In this document: positions 1 through 9,375 of the stretch, piece by piece
Layout: every line of letters begins with the position of its first letter
Position numbering within the stretch: position 1 is the stretch's first letter
Assembly (NCBI GenBank): GCA_046583315.1
Contig: JAYGCN010000247.1
Span: 1 to 41,106, forward strand
Direction of reading: 5' to 3'
DNA length: 41,106 nt
From: Candidatus Hydrogenedentota bacterium
GTDB taxonomy: Bacteria; Hydrogenedentota; Hydrogenedentia; Hydrogenedentales; GCA-2746185
Position numbers and translations under genes: made by a program
The notes under the pieces: model-generated
The model's database searches: none
What the model was told of the DNA's origin: nothing
Seen by the model: only the letters and a program-made list of their open reading frames with translations

Positions 1-1563
1 GGACACGTGGATTTTTCTTATGAAGTGGAGCGTAGTCTTGCGGCCTGTGAAGGTGCGTTGCTGCTTGTGGATGCCGCGCAAGGTGTAGAGGCGCAAACGC
101 TCGCGAATTTATACAAGGCTGTTGACCAAGACCTTGAAATAATTCCGGTTATCAACAAAGTTGACCTGCCCAGTGCCGATATCGATATGGCTGCGGCACA
201 AATTGACGACTTGCTCGGGCTTGAGAGTGAAGGCGCGGTGCTTGCGAGTGCCAAAACGGGCATTGGTACCAAAGAAGTGCTCGAAGCCGTGGTGACCCGA
301 ATTCCCGCACCCACGGGCGCCCGCGACGTGCCCTTGCGCGCGCTCATATTCGACGCGCAATATGATCCCTATCGTGGTGTTATCGTTTATTTACGCGTGG
401 TTGAAGGTCGCATGAAACGTGGTACAAAAATTTCTATGATGTCCAGTGGGGAAAAATTCGACGTGACCGAGGTGGGGTCCTTTTCTCCGGACATGGTCGC
501 GCGCGCGTATCTCGAAGCGGGTGAGGTAGGGTACATGACGTGCAGCATCAAGACGCTTGAAAGCACGACGGTTGGCGACACGGTTACGGACGCGCAGAAT
601 CCGGCATCAGAGCCCCTTGAAGGCTACGAAGATGTATTGCCTGTCGTTTTCTGCGGAATGTATCCTGCCGCGGCCAACGACTTCGGCGAATTGCGCGATG
701 CCCTCGACAAATTACGCCTGAACGATGCCTCGTTTACCTACGCTGCGGATAGCTCGGACGCGCTGGGCCTTGGATTTCGACTTGGATTCCTGGGACTCTT
801 GCACATGGAAATTATTCAGGAGCGGCTGGAACGTGAATTTAATCTGACCCTTGTCACGACGGTGCCGAACGTTTCGTACAAAATCACAATGACGGATGGG
901 GACGTTATCGTGATTGAGAATGCGTCGAAGATGCCTCCGCGCGGCGAGATTGATGTGCTTGAAGAACCTTATATCGAAGCGGATATCATGTGTCCTACCG
1001 AATACCTGAGTGCCGTCATTGAATTATGCAAGAAAAAACGGGGCACCCATGTGCGCGTGGATTACATCGACAGTCGCCGGTGCATGGCGGTGTATCGTAT
1101 GCCCCTGGCTGAGATTGTGCTCGACTTTTATGATAAGTTGAAAACCTATACGCGCGGTTACGGGTCATTGGACTATAGGATTATCGGGTACCAACCGGGA
1201 GATCTCGTGCGTTTGGACATTTTGCTCAATAGCGAACGTGTGGATGCGTTGTCCTGCATCGTGCATCGTGATCGCGCAGTGTGGATTGGCAAGACGCTCT
1301 CGGCCAAGCTGCAGAAGCTTATTCCACGACAACAATTTGAGGTTGCAATACAGGCGGCCATCGGGGGTAAAATCATCGTTCGCGAAACGGTGAAGGCGCT
1401 GCGCAAGAATGTGACCGCGAAATGTTACGGCGGGGATATTACCCGTAAGCGCAAGTTGTTGGAGAAGCAGAAGGCGGGTAAGAAACGGATGAAGCAGGTC
1501 GGCTCGGTCGAAGTGCCGCAAGAAGCTTTCATGGCTTTACTTAAAGTAAACGAAGAAGACTAG
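1..1563 (+). CDS. lepA: Elongation factor 4 (LepA), 5'-truncated by window edge
   Basis: Frame open from base 1: [26 protein letters not shown]4 motif, [23 protein letters not shown]-terminal [25 protein letters not shown]; followed by lepB. Confidence 0.99.
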   Translation, partial: GHVDFSYEVERSLAACEGALLLVDAAQGVEAQTLANLYKAVDQDLEIIPVINKVDLPSADIDMAAAQIDDLLGLESEGAVLASAKTGIGTKEVLEAVVTRIPAPTGARDVPLRALIFDAQYDPYRGVIVYLRVVEGRMKRGTKISMMSSGEKFDVTEVGSFSPDMVARAYLEAGEVGYMTCSIKTLESTTVGDTVTDAQNPASEPLEGYEDVLPVVFCGMYPAAANDFGELRDALDKLRLNDASFTYAADSSDALGLGFRLGFLGLLHMEIIQERLEREFNLTLVTTVPNVSYKITMTDGDVIVIENASKMPPRGEIDVLEEPYIEADIMCPTEYLSAVIELCKKKRGTHVRVDYIDSRRCMAVYRMPLAEIVLDFYDKLKTYTRGYGSLDYRIIGYQPGDLVRLDILLNSERVDALSCIVHRDRAVWIGKTLSAKLQKLIPRQQFEVAIQAAIGGKIIVRETVKALRKNVTAKCYGGDITRKRKLLEKQKAGKKRMKQVGSVEVPQEAFMALLKVNEED

Positions 1564-1585
1564 TTTTTCGCTAAGGATATAATTT

Positions 1586-2947
1586 TTGAGTAAGAAAAGT
1601 AAGACAGCATCGGAACCGTCCAATAGTCACGTGGAACCGCGTCAACCCGGCTGGATTGAATGGACGCGATCCATCGGAATTGCGATTATTCTCGCGTTGC
1701 TGATTCGCTGGCCGGTTGCGGAGCCTTACAAGATTCCTTCCGGTTCCATGATCCCTACTTTCATGCCGGGCGATCGCATTTTTGTGGACAAGCATGTCTA
1801 TGGCATTCGTTATCCGATGAACGGGTTCCGTTTTCCCTTCACACGTAAGAACATGTGGTATGCCGACACGTACATTTTTGAAGGCAAGGAGGTACAGCGC
1901 TGGGATATTGCTGTATTCAAATCCATCGAACCGGGTGCGGAACACGATACGCTGGTAAAACGTATTGTGGGATTGCCGGGGGAACGAATTCATGTTCGGG
2001 GAGACGGTGCGCTGCTTATCAATGGCGAGCCCATCGATATTCCGGACTACATGCCGGACGTGAAATACACCAACCCACAGGTTGGCGGCCAGTATGGTTC
2101 CAACGGTTACGCGCAACTCACTGACGACGAGCACAGCTTGATTCCCGAGGGGCATTATTTCCTGATGGGCGACAATAGTGGCTCCAGCCGTGATGCGCGC
2201 TGGTTCGGGTTCATGCCCAAGCACCACCTTCTCGGGCGTGTGACGAGTATCTGGTGGCCCCTGGATCGTTGGATTGACTTTACCGGGTACACTCATAAAG
2301 CCTGGTGGTCGATCATGTGGGGCGCAATTGCCTTTTGGACTGTGTGGCGATTGTTTTTTGGTCGAAGCTGGAAAGCGCGTTGTGATTCTGCCGGAGGGAT
2401 TATCAAGAAGGGAGAACACGTGTTCGTGCGATTCTCAATGGGACTTCCAATACCGTTTACAGGAATTCGATTGACCCGCATGACCATACTCTCGTTAATG
2501 ACTGCAACTCCGTCGCCGTCCTCTGATGAGAAAACACGTTTCACAAAAGGTAGCCTGCTCAAGGTGGGGGATCTTGTCTTTTATCATCCGCGCACAGCGG
2601 CGCATCGCCACGTTGAAGGTTTGCTTGGTATTGTCGGCGGTGTGGGAGGCGATCGCGTATTCATGAATGGCGATCAGCTCAGGGTAAACGACAAAAAAGT
2701 CGGCGGAAACTTCGAGACGTTGCGTTATCCCAAAGAAGGAACGGAAGATCGTTACGGTCGTTCCAAGGGCAAGGAATTTTCAGAAGTCCCTGAAGGTCAT
2801 GTGTTCATTCTGAGTCAGCCGGGCGGCTCCGACGATGACAGCCGCACGATCGGCTGGATACCGCACGCTCATATCGTGGGTACAGTGACGCGGGTGTGGT
2901 GGCCACTGACCAAAATGCGGGGATTGCCGCGCGTGAAGAAGGTGTGA
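1586..2947 (+). CDS. lepB: Signal peptidase I with a second, degenerate S26 domain
   Basis: TM helix, then PSGSMIPT (catalytic Ser), LVKRIVGLPGE (catalytic Lys), GDNSGSSRDAR; the C-terminal half repeats the fold (VPEGHVFIL...DDSRTIGWIP...IVGTVTRVWWP); lepA-lepB synteny; TTG start after AAGGA. Confidence 0.93.
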   Translation: MSKKSKTASEPSNSHVEPRQPGWIEWTRSIGIAIILALLIRWPVAEPYKIPSGSMIPTFMPGDRIFVDKHVYGIRYPMNGFRFPFTRKNMWYADTYIFEGKEVQRWDIAVFKSIEPGAEHDTLVKRIVGLPGERIHVRGDGALLINGEPIDIPDYMPDVKYTNPQVGGQYGSNGYAQLTDDEHSLIPEGHYFLMGDNSGSSRDARWFGFMPKHHLLGRVTSIWWPLDRWIDFTGYTHKAWWSIMWGAIAFWTVWRLFFGRSWKARCDSAGGIIKKGEHVFVRFSMGLPIPFTGIRLTRMTILSLMTATPSPSSDEKTRFTKGSLLKVGDLVFYHPRTAAHRHVEGLLGIVGGVGGDRVFMNGDQLRVNDKKVGGNFETLRYPKEGTEDRYGRSKGKEFSEVPEGHVFILSQPGGSDDDSRTIGWIPHAHIVGTVTRVWWPLTKMRGLPRVKKV

Positions 2948-2954
2948 CCGCGGC

Positions 2955-3122
2955 CTAGCGATTCGAAATCCGCTCAAAGGTCGCCGCGTTCGTCAGGTAG
3001 AAGCCGAGCCCCGCGACGAGCAACAAGGCGATCATCAGCAGAATCCGAAGCCATAGCGGTGCTCGCTGTGTGGGAATCGGAAATCTCCAGAGCCGTGTTT
3101 TTTTGTCTTCCTGCTTAGTCAT
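2955..3122 (-). CDS. 55-aa single-pass membrane microprotein (absent from ORF track)
   Basis: Hand translation MTKQEDKKTRLWRFPIPTQRAPLWLRILLMIALLLVAGLGFYLTNAATFERISNR*; GGGAG RBS upstream; fills the lepB-sixA gap. Confidence 0.65.
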   Translation of the reverse strand: MTKQEDKKTRLWRFPIPTQRAPLWLRILLMIALLLVAGLGFYLTNAATFERISNR

Positions 3123-3190
3123 GCATTTGGCTCCCGTCGCTCAATCGAGTATAGTGTATCGCAATCGATTGGAACGGGGGAAGGGCTACC

Positions 3191-3652
3191 ATGTACCTAT
3201 TCTTGATACGCCACGGCGCTGCGGAAATGCAGTCGAGTGACGATGCCCGTGTGCTGAGTTCGGCGGGACGTGCGGAAGCGGCGGCGCTGGGCAAGTGGCT
3301 GGCCCGGTATCATCTCCAATCGCCCACCGTGTGGCACAGCGACAAGGTAAGGACGGGGGAGACGGCCTCGCTCATCATTGAAAATGCGGGGTGGAGTTCT
3401 ACGCCCACCGAGATTGACGGCCTGCGTCCAAGTTCTCCCGTAGAACCCATTACCATGAAGGTTGCCGCCGAGCAATCGGATTTGGTCATCGTCGGGCACA
3501 TACCTTTCATGTCGCTGATGGCCTCGAGCATGCTCACGGGCGGTCGCATTGAGACGTATTGGGATTTCAATACTTGTGGCGTGCTGGTTCTGGATCGCGC
3601 GGGTCAGGAACAGTGGGTCGTGAACGCGTATCTGTCTCCGTCCATGTTATAA
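3191..3652 (+). CDS. sixA: Phosphohistidine phosphatase SixA
   Basis: LIRHG motif, D-x-x-R-x-L-S-x-x-G, HSDKVRTGETA, IVGHIPF; 153 aa. Confidence 0.9.
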   Translation: MYLFLIRHGAAEMQSSDDARVLSSAGRAEAAALGKWLARYHLQSPTVWHSDKVRTGETASLIIENAGWSSTPTEIDGLRPSSPVEPITMKVAAEQSDLVIVGHIPFMSLMASSMLTGGRIETYWDFNTCGVLVLDRAGQEQWVVNAYLSPSML

Positions 3653-3698
3653 ATCGCCGAAATTCAGTCTGAACCTCCCCCAAAAATCCCATAAAGTA

Positions 3699-3707
3699 TG
3701 TTATACT
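3699..3707 (+). promoter_or_regulatory. Possible extended -10 sigma70-type promoter for flagellin
   Basis: TG-T-TATACT about 50 nt upstream of the ATG; GGAGGGAG RBS. Confidence 0.35.
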
Positions 3708-3758
3708 TGACGTATACATCTGTGTGGACGGCTTGAATTTGGAGGGAGCGACGAGACT

Positions 3759-4571
3759 ATGGGACTTAATGTAAATTCCAATATTCAGTCCATCATCGCG
3801 CGTCGCCACACCGAGCGTGCGACCCGGAATTTGCTTTCGAGTCAGGAGAAACTTTCCTATCTTCTTCGTATTAACCGGGCGGCAGACGATGCGGCGGGTC
3901 TTGCGATTGCCGAACGGTTCCAGTCGCAGGTTCGCCAGCTCAATCAGGAAGTGAATAGCTTTCAATCGGGTACGAACCTGACTCAAGTGGCTGAAGGTGG
4001 ACTCGAAGTACAGTCTGATGCGCTGGGACGTATTCGCGAATTGGCCGTGCAGGCTTCCAATGGGACGTTGAACGATGATCAGCGCGCGGCCAGCAATGAA
4101 GAGGCGCAACAGTTGCTTCAGGAGATCGATGCGACGGCGCAGAACACGGAATTTAATGGGGTCGCACCGATTGCAAACGGAACGCAGGAGGTCGTGCTCG
4201 ACCCGTCGGGTGATGTATCGGTAACGACGGAGGAATCCACGACGACTTCGCTTGGGATTGACGGAGTGGATTTATCGACGCAAGCCGGTGCGCGGGCCGC
4301 ACTCGATAGCCTGGACAATGCTCAGACTGAAATCAGCTCGAACCGTGCGAGTCTTGGTGCGCAACAGAATCGACTTCGTGCGTCCATCGAACAACGTGAA
4401 TCGAACGCGGTTGATCTGCAAGAAGCGGAATTTCGTATTCGAGATCTTGATGTGGGCCGTGCGATCATCGAACAAACCCGCAATGAGATTCTCTTGCAAG
4501 CGGGTGCTTTGGGCGTGTTGCGCGGGGGTGCTATTCAGAGTCAGACCGTAAGCTCCCTGCTTGCTGGCTAG
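3759..4571 (+). CDS. fliC: Short flagellin (D0/D1 only)
   Basis: RINRAADDAAGLAIAE, RIRELAVQASNGT, TEFNG, RASLGAQQNRL, RIRDLD; 270 aa. Confidence 0.9.
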   Translation: MGLNVNSNIQSIIARRHTERATRNLLSSQEKLSYLLRINRAADDAAGLAIAERFQSQVRQLNQEVNSFQSGTNLTQVAEGGLEVQSDALGRIRELAVQASNGTLNDDQRAASNEEAQQLLQEIDATAQNTEFNGVAPIANGTQEVVLDPSGDVSVTTEESTTTSLGIDGVDLSTQAGARAALDSLDNAQTEISSNRASLGAQQNRLRASIEQRESNAVDLQEAEFRIRDLDVGRAIIEQTRNEILLQAGALGVLRGGAIQSQTVSSLLAG

Positions 4572-4682
4572 TCCCGTTTCCCGGTGACGCACTCCTTCCC
4601 GCATGCCCCACGTTGCCAGCCGAATTTGTAAAAATTGTCTCCGCGCGGTATGGTAATTGCCTGAATTTATGAGGAGATCGTT

Positions 4683-6131
4683 GTGGATCCTGTAGAACCC
4701 AAACCTGCCGTAACGTGTATTTTGTGCGATGCCGACGGACGTATTTTGATGGGGCGCCGCAATACGTCATTACGCTTTATGGGCGGCCATCATGTGTTTC
4801 CGGGTGGACGTGTAGACGATGAAGACACCCACGTGCATGTGCGCAATGAATCGGATGAGGATGTTGCGCGAGGGATATTTGCGGCGGTGCGTGAGATGTT
4901 TGAGGAGACGGGGTTGCTCATAGTTGAAGGGGAGCAGCCGGCCCGGGAGATTCTCCAGACCTTTAGGCACGAATTACTGGCGAGTGATCGATTGCTGCGA
5001 GAATTCCTTGACGAACATGGTCTGCATATTGATGGAAGTCGCTTTGAAACGGCTGGGCATTGGATCACTCCTGAACCTTCTCCGGTGCGATTCGACACGC
5101 AATACTTTTTCTGTCACCACGCCGAAGACTTTATCTACGCGGAGGAACTCATCGTGGGCGAACTCACGCGGCTTGACTGGTATCATCCGGCCGAAGCACG
5201 TCAGCGTTGGCATGCGGGGGAGATTGAATTGTCGCCGCCGGTATCGTATACCTTGCACCATCTGGCCACCGTGCAACATCCCTACACGCTCGACCTGCTG
5301 AACAATCGCGAAGATCGGTTCTCCGGTCAATGGGAGCGCATGGAATTACAGCGGGGCGTGTTTGTCATTCCATTGGAGACCGCAACGATTCTTCCGGCAA
5401 CCCACACCAATTGTATCGTGGTCGGGGAGTCGGAGTTTATCGTCATCGATCCCGGTTCAACGGATCCGGAACAGAACGCGTATCTGAAGAAGCAGCTGGA
5501 TCGTCTCATTGCGTTGGGGGGTGAAATGAAAGCGGTGGTGCTCACGCATAGCCACCCGGATCATATTGGCGGGGTCGAGTTTGTGCAGGAGACTTACGGC
5601 GTGCCGCTCTGGGCGCATGAAAAGTGTGACGAACAGATTGATCTCAAGGTGGATCGTCACATCGAAGACAACGAAGTCATCGAATTGCCGGGCGATCCGG
5701 GATGGCGTCTGGTTACGCATTACACGCCGGGTCATGATCCCGGTCATTTGAGCTTTTACGAGGAGTCGACCAAACTTCTGCTTTGCGGCGACATGATTGC
5801 CAACCCCGGCACGATTGTCGTGGGTGAATCCTTCGGCGGCAACATGAATCAGTTCCTGGCGAGTCTTGAGCGGTTGATGGCTATTGAAGAGGCCACGCGT
5901 ATTGTGCCTTCCCACGGATTGAGCGAGCCGGACCCGCAGGCGGTGCTGAAAAAACATCGTGACCATCGTCTTTGGCGGGAATCGAAAATCAAAGATGCCT
6001 ATGATGCCGGGGCGACCACGCTTGCCGAACTGCTCGCTGCGGCCTACGACGATGCGCCGAAAGCGGCCATGCCCATCGCGGAGCACGCACTGAAGGCGCA
6101 CCTGACTCGTCTTGAAATTACGCTCGACTGA
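4683..6131 (+). CDS. NUDIX hydrolase (NUDT19-like) fused to metallo-beta-lactamase-fold hydrolase (LACTB2-like)
   Basis: VFPGGRVD...AAVREMFEETG, WITPEPSPVRFDTQYF; THSHPDHIGG, TPGHDPGH, CGD, PSHG. Confidence 0.88.
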   Translation: MDPVEPKPAVTCILCDADGRILMGRRNTSLRFMGGHHVFPGGRVDDEDTHVHVRNESDEDVARGIFAAVREMFEETGLLIVEGEQPAREILQTFRHELLASDRLLREFLDEHGLHIDGSRFETAGHWITPEPSPVRFDTQYFFCHHAEDFIYAEELIVGELTRLDWYHPAEARQRWHAGEIELSPPVSYTLHHLATVQHPYTLDLLNNREDRFSGQWERMELQRGVFVIPLETATILPATHTNCIVVGESEFIVIDPGSTDPEQNAYLKKQLDRLIALGGEMKAVVLTHSHPDHIGGVEFVQETYGVPLWAHEKCDEQIDLKVDRHIEDNEVIELPGDPGWRLVTHYTPGHDPGHLSFYEESTKLLLCGDMIANPGTIVVGESFGGNMNQFLASLERLMAIEEATRIVPSHGLSEPDPQAVLKKHRDHRLWRESKIKDAYDAGATTLAELLAAAYDDAPKAAMPIAEHALKAHLTRLEITLD

Positions 6132-6213
6132 GACTCTTTGAGAGGCAACTCTTGGCTCCGATATGGTATGGTATTGTTTGGAGAGCGCAGGAAACTAGAG
6201 GAGCGGGGGATTC

Positions 6214-7212
6214 ATGCGACCTAAGAAACACATTCTTGTCCTGATGGGCGGGATAAGTTCCGAACACGACATTTCGATCCAGTCCGGGGAAAATATTCTG
6301 GCGAATCTCGATGCTGAGGAATACAAGCTGTCCTCTGCGGTCATCAATCGGGATGGTGAGTGGATATTTTCCGATGCGCCTGAGGATTATCTGGAATTGA
6401 GCCAGGCCGTACCTCGACTTCGCGAACTTCATCCGGATTGTGTGTTTATTGCGCTGCACGGACCCTTTGGCGAAGACGGTCGAATCCAGGGCATGTTGGA
6501 CTTGTTGGGCATTCCATATACCGGTTCTGGTTGTGCTGCGAGCGCGCTGGCGATGGACAAGGTGCGCTCCAAGGCAATCATGAAACAGAAGGGTGTCGTT
6601 GTTCCTGACGAGGTAGTTTTTACGCTGCACGACTGGAAAGAGGAGTCGGAATCCATTACGCATCGCGTGGGGGACTATCTCGGATTTCCATGTGTCCTGA
6701 AGAATCCGCATCAGGGTTCGAGTCTGGGCATGGCCATTCCTCAATCGACGGAAGAATTTTCCGATGCGGTGATGAAGGTCTTTGGATATGGGTATACGAT
6801 TATGGTCGAACGAATGATCAATGGAACCGAGGTGACGTGTGGTGTGCTTGATGTGGATGGCTCCGATGATGTCGAAGCGTTGCCGGTTACCGAAATACGG
6901 CCTCTCAAAGGCACCTTTTTCGATTATCATTCGAAGTACAATGCGGAGGCGGTTGACGAGATCACGCCAGCGGAGATTTCCGATTCGATCCGGGATCGTG
7001 TACAGGAAATTTCTTGTGATGCGCATACCACTTTGGGTTGTAGAGGATTTAGTCGTAGTGATATGATCATTTCCGGCGATGAGGTGATCTGGCTGGAAAC
7101 GAACACGATTCCGGGCATGACCGAGACCTCGTTGTTACCGAAAGGAGCGGCCGCCGCCGGGCTTAGCTTTAAAGAGTTGCTTACGAGAATCGTTGACGCC
7201 GGGACGATCTAG
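6214..7212 (+). CDS. ddl: D-alanine--D-alanine ligase
   Basis: GGISSEHDISIQSG, LHGPFGEDGRIQG, GSSLG, FDYHSKY, ETNTIPGMTETSLLP. Confidence 0.97.
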   Translation: MRPKKHILVLMGGISSEHDISIQSGENILANLDAEEYKLSSAVINRDGEWIFSDAPEDYLELSQAVPRLRELHPDCVFIALHGPFGEDGRIQGMLDLLGIPYTGSGCAASALAMDKVRSKAIMKQKGVVVPDEVVFTLHDWKEESESITHRVGDYLGFPCVLKNPHQGSSLGMAIPQSTEEFSDAVMKVFGYGYTIMVERMINGTEVTCGVLDVDGSDDVEALPVTEIRPLKGTFFDYHSKYNAEAVDEITPAEISDSIRDRVQEISCDAHTTLGCRGFSRSDMIISGDEVIWLETNTIPGMTETSLLPKGAAAAGLSFKELLTRIVDAGTI

Positions 7213-7242
7213 TCCTCGCTGTAGTTATTTCAGGAATCCCGA

Positions 7243-8097
7243 ATGCCCATCACGTACACAAAAATGCATGGACTTGGTAACGATTATCTGTTTATCGAGA
7301 CTGCCAAGAATTCGATTGATGACCCGGTTGAGTTGTCGCGTCAGATGAGTCACCGTCATTTGGGTGCTGGCTCGGATGGCATCATCCTGATTATGCCGGG
7401 CGAGGGGTCCGCCGACTTCAAAATGCGCATTTTCAACGCGGACGGTAGCGAAGCGGAGACTTGTGGTAACGGAATTCGCTGTTTCGCCAAATACGTCTAC
7501 GAAAGAGGTCTCACCGAGAAAACCGAGTTCATAATTGATACTCTCGGTGGACCGAACGGCGTTGTTTTGACCATTGAGGACGGGATTGTTGGCTTTGTGC
7601 GCTCGAATATGGGCGCGCCAAAATTCGAGCGTGCTGAAATCCCCATGATTGGAGCTGAAGGCCGTGTGCTGGAAGAAGACATCGAAGTGGACGGGAAGAT
7701 TTTCCAAGTCACCTGCGCGAATATCGGCAATCCACACGCCGTCGTGTTTGTGGATGGAGCGACAGGCGATGAACTCCTAGACTTGGCTCAAACGATTGGC
7801 CCGAAAATTGAAAATCATCCTTCTTTTCCCGAACGTTGCAACGTGGAATTCGTGAACGTGATTGATCGTGACAATATTGTCATGCGTATTTGGGAGCGGG
7901 GGAGCGGCATCACGATGGCGAGCGGGAGTGGATCGTGTGGCGCGGCATTGGCTTGCATGATCACTGAACGCGTCAACCGAAAAGTAAAGGTGCACCTTGT
8001 CTACGGTCAGCTTGCTATTGAGTGGTCCGAAGAAGACGGCGACGTTTATCAAGAAGGTCCGGCGACCGAAGTCTACACCGGCGAGTGGCTGACGTGA
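7243..8097 (+). CDS. dapF: Diaminopimelate epimerase
   Basis: KMHGLGNDY, NADGSEAETCGNGIRC, GNPHAV, NVEF, WERGSGITMASGSG (second Cys position is Ser). Confidence 0.93.
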   Translation: MPITYTKMHGLGNDYLFIETAKNSIDDPVELSRQMSHRHLGAGSDGIILIMPGEGSADFKMRIFNADGSEAETCGNGIRCFAKYVYERGLTEKTEFIIDTLGGPNGVVLTIEDGIVGFVRSNMGAPKFERAEIPMIGAEGRVLEEDIEVDGKIFQVTCANIGNPHAVVFVDGATGDELLDLAQTIGPKIENHPSFPERCNVEFVNVIDRDNIVMRIWERGSGITMASGSGSCGAALACMITERVNRKVKVHLVYGQLAIEWSEEDGDVYQEGPATEVYTGEWLT

Positions 8098-8621
8098 TGG
8101 AGCGAAACACGTTTATTCCGATCGCTGGCGAGAGTGCTGAAACGATTACCTATCTCAAAGGTATTCTCGAGGACGCGCGCGCAACCACCCTTGAACGTAT
8201 CGAAGGCATCACCAAAGACGAATTGAATTGGCACTATGCGGACGGGTGGAATTCGATAGGGAATTTGCTTCACCATTTCATCGCCAATGACCACTATTTT
8301 CGTATTCTCTTCGTGAAGGGAAGTCGTCTTACCGATGCTGAGTTGACCAAATGGGAACCGGGTCAGGTGATGGGCGAACATCTCCCCACATTGGAGGGAA
8401 CACCGCTGGAACAACTACTTGCGGACATGCAATCCTCTCGTGCCGAACTCATGGGCTCCATCGAAACGGTGACACCCGCTTATTTCGCGGCGCACCGGCA
8501 GGGCTACAATCCTGAGACGGGATTTAATCTGGCCTGGGCGCTTTATCACCTTGCGGAAGACGAAGTTCATCATCGCGGTCAGATTAGCATCCTTCGCAAG
8601 TTGTACGCGGCTCGTTCGTAA
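8097..8621 (+). CDS. DinB/YfiT-superfamily four-helix metalloprotein
   Basis: NSIGNLLHH and HLAEDEVHHRGQI; ATG overlaps the dapF TGA. Confidence 0.85.
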   Translation: MERNTFIPIAGESAETITYLKGILEDARATTLERIEGITKDELNWHYADGWNSIGNLLHHFIANDHYFRILFVKGSRLTDAELTKWEPGQVMGEHLPTLEGTPLEQLLADMQSSRAELMGSIETVTPAYFAAHRQGYNPETGFNLAWALYHLAEDEVHHRGQISILRKLYAARS

Positions 8622-8726
8622 CCTGATTGAGGGTGTTTTGGGTGTGTTTCCGCGCAGTCAATGTGCTATCGTAGCCCAATCACGCGGCTGGCGTGATTGA
8701 TTGGACAGGGGGCTGTAGAACGATTC

Positions 8727-9350
8727 ATGTCATTGAAGATTGCTGTACTCATTTCGGGAAGCGGGACAACCCTGCAAAACATCATCGACTGTTGCGAATC
8801 AGGCGCAATCGCGGGTGAAGTAGTCTTTGTGCTTGCCTCGCGAAAGGATGCCTATGGGCTGACACGCGCGGAAAATGTGGGTATCCCCAGCGCGACGGTT
8901 CCTCGCAAAGAGTTTTCCAATACCGACGAGTTCAGCAATGCGATTTGGTCGCAGGTGGAGCCCCATCAACCCGACCTTGTTGTCCTAGCCGGATTCATGA
9001 GCCTGCTGCATGTGCCGAAAGCCTACGAAGGACGCATCATGAATGTGCATCCGGCACTCATCCCGTCGTTTTGCGGCCAGGGCATGTATGGACACCATGT
9101 GCATCAGGCCGTGCTTGACTATGGTGCCAAGATAACGGGTGTGACTGTTCATTTCGTGAACGAGGAATACGACAACGGTCCAATTATTTTGCAGAATACG
9201 GTGCCCGTTGAAGAGGGGGATACGGCGGATACCTTGGCTGAACGCGTGCAGGCCGAAGAACGCGATCTCTACCCCAAAGCGATCCAACTTTTTGCTGAGG
9301 GGCGTTTGCAGCTGGACGGGCGACTCGTTCATATTCTTCCCAAAGGCTAA
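8727..9350 (+). CDS. purN: Phosphoribosylglycinamide formyltransferase
   Basis: VLISGSGTTLQ, LAGFM, NVHPALIPSF, GVTVHFVNEEYDNGPII. Confidence 0.97.
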   Translation: MSLKIAVLISGSGTTLQNIIDCCESGAIAGEVVFVLASRKDAYGLTRAENVGIPSATVPRKEFSNTDEFSNAIWSQVEPHQPDLVVLAGFMSLLHVPKAYEGRIMNVHPALIPSFCGQGMYGHHVHQAVLDYGAKITGVTVHFVNEEYDNGPIILQNTVPVEEGDTADTLAERVQAEERDLYPKAIQLFAEGRLQLDGRLVHILPKG

Positions 9351-9375
9351 GGCACCATCCAAGGAAACACCTATC

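Noticed and set aside
3692..3718. Possible sigma28 promoter (TAAAGTAT...) upstream of flagellin
   Set aside because: No GCCGATAA-like -10 at the required spacing
8022..8096. Arg-rich N-terminal extension of the DinB ORF; likewise the upstream starts given for purN, the HAD gene, serC and the ABM gene
   Set aside because: These overlap neighbouring genes or leaders; downstream ATGs with RBS or translational coupling fit the family N-termini better
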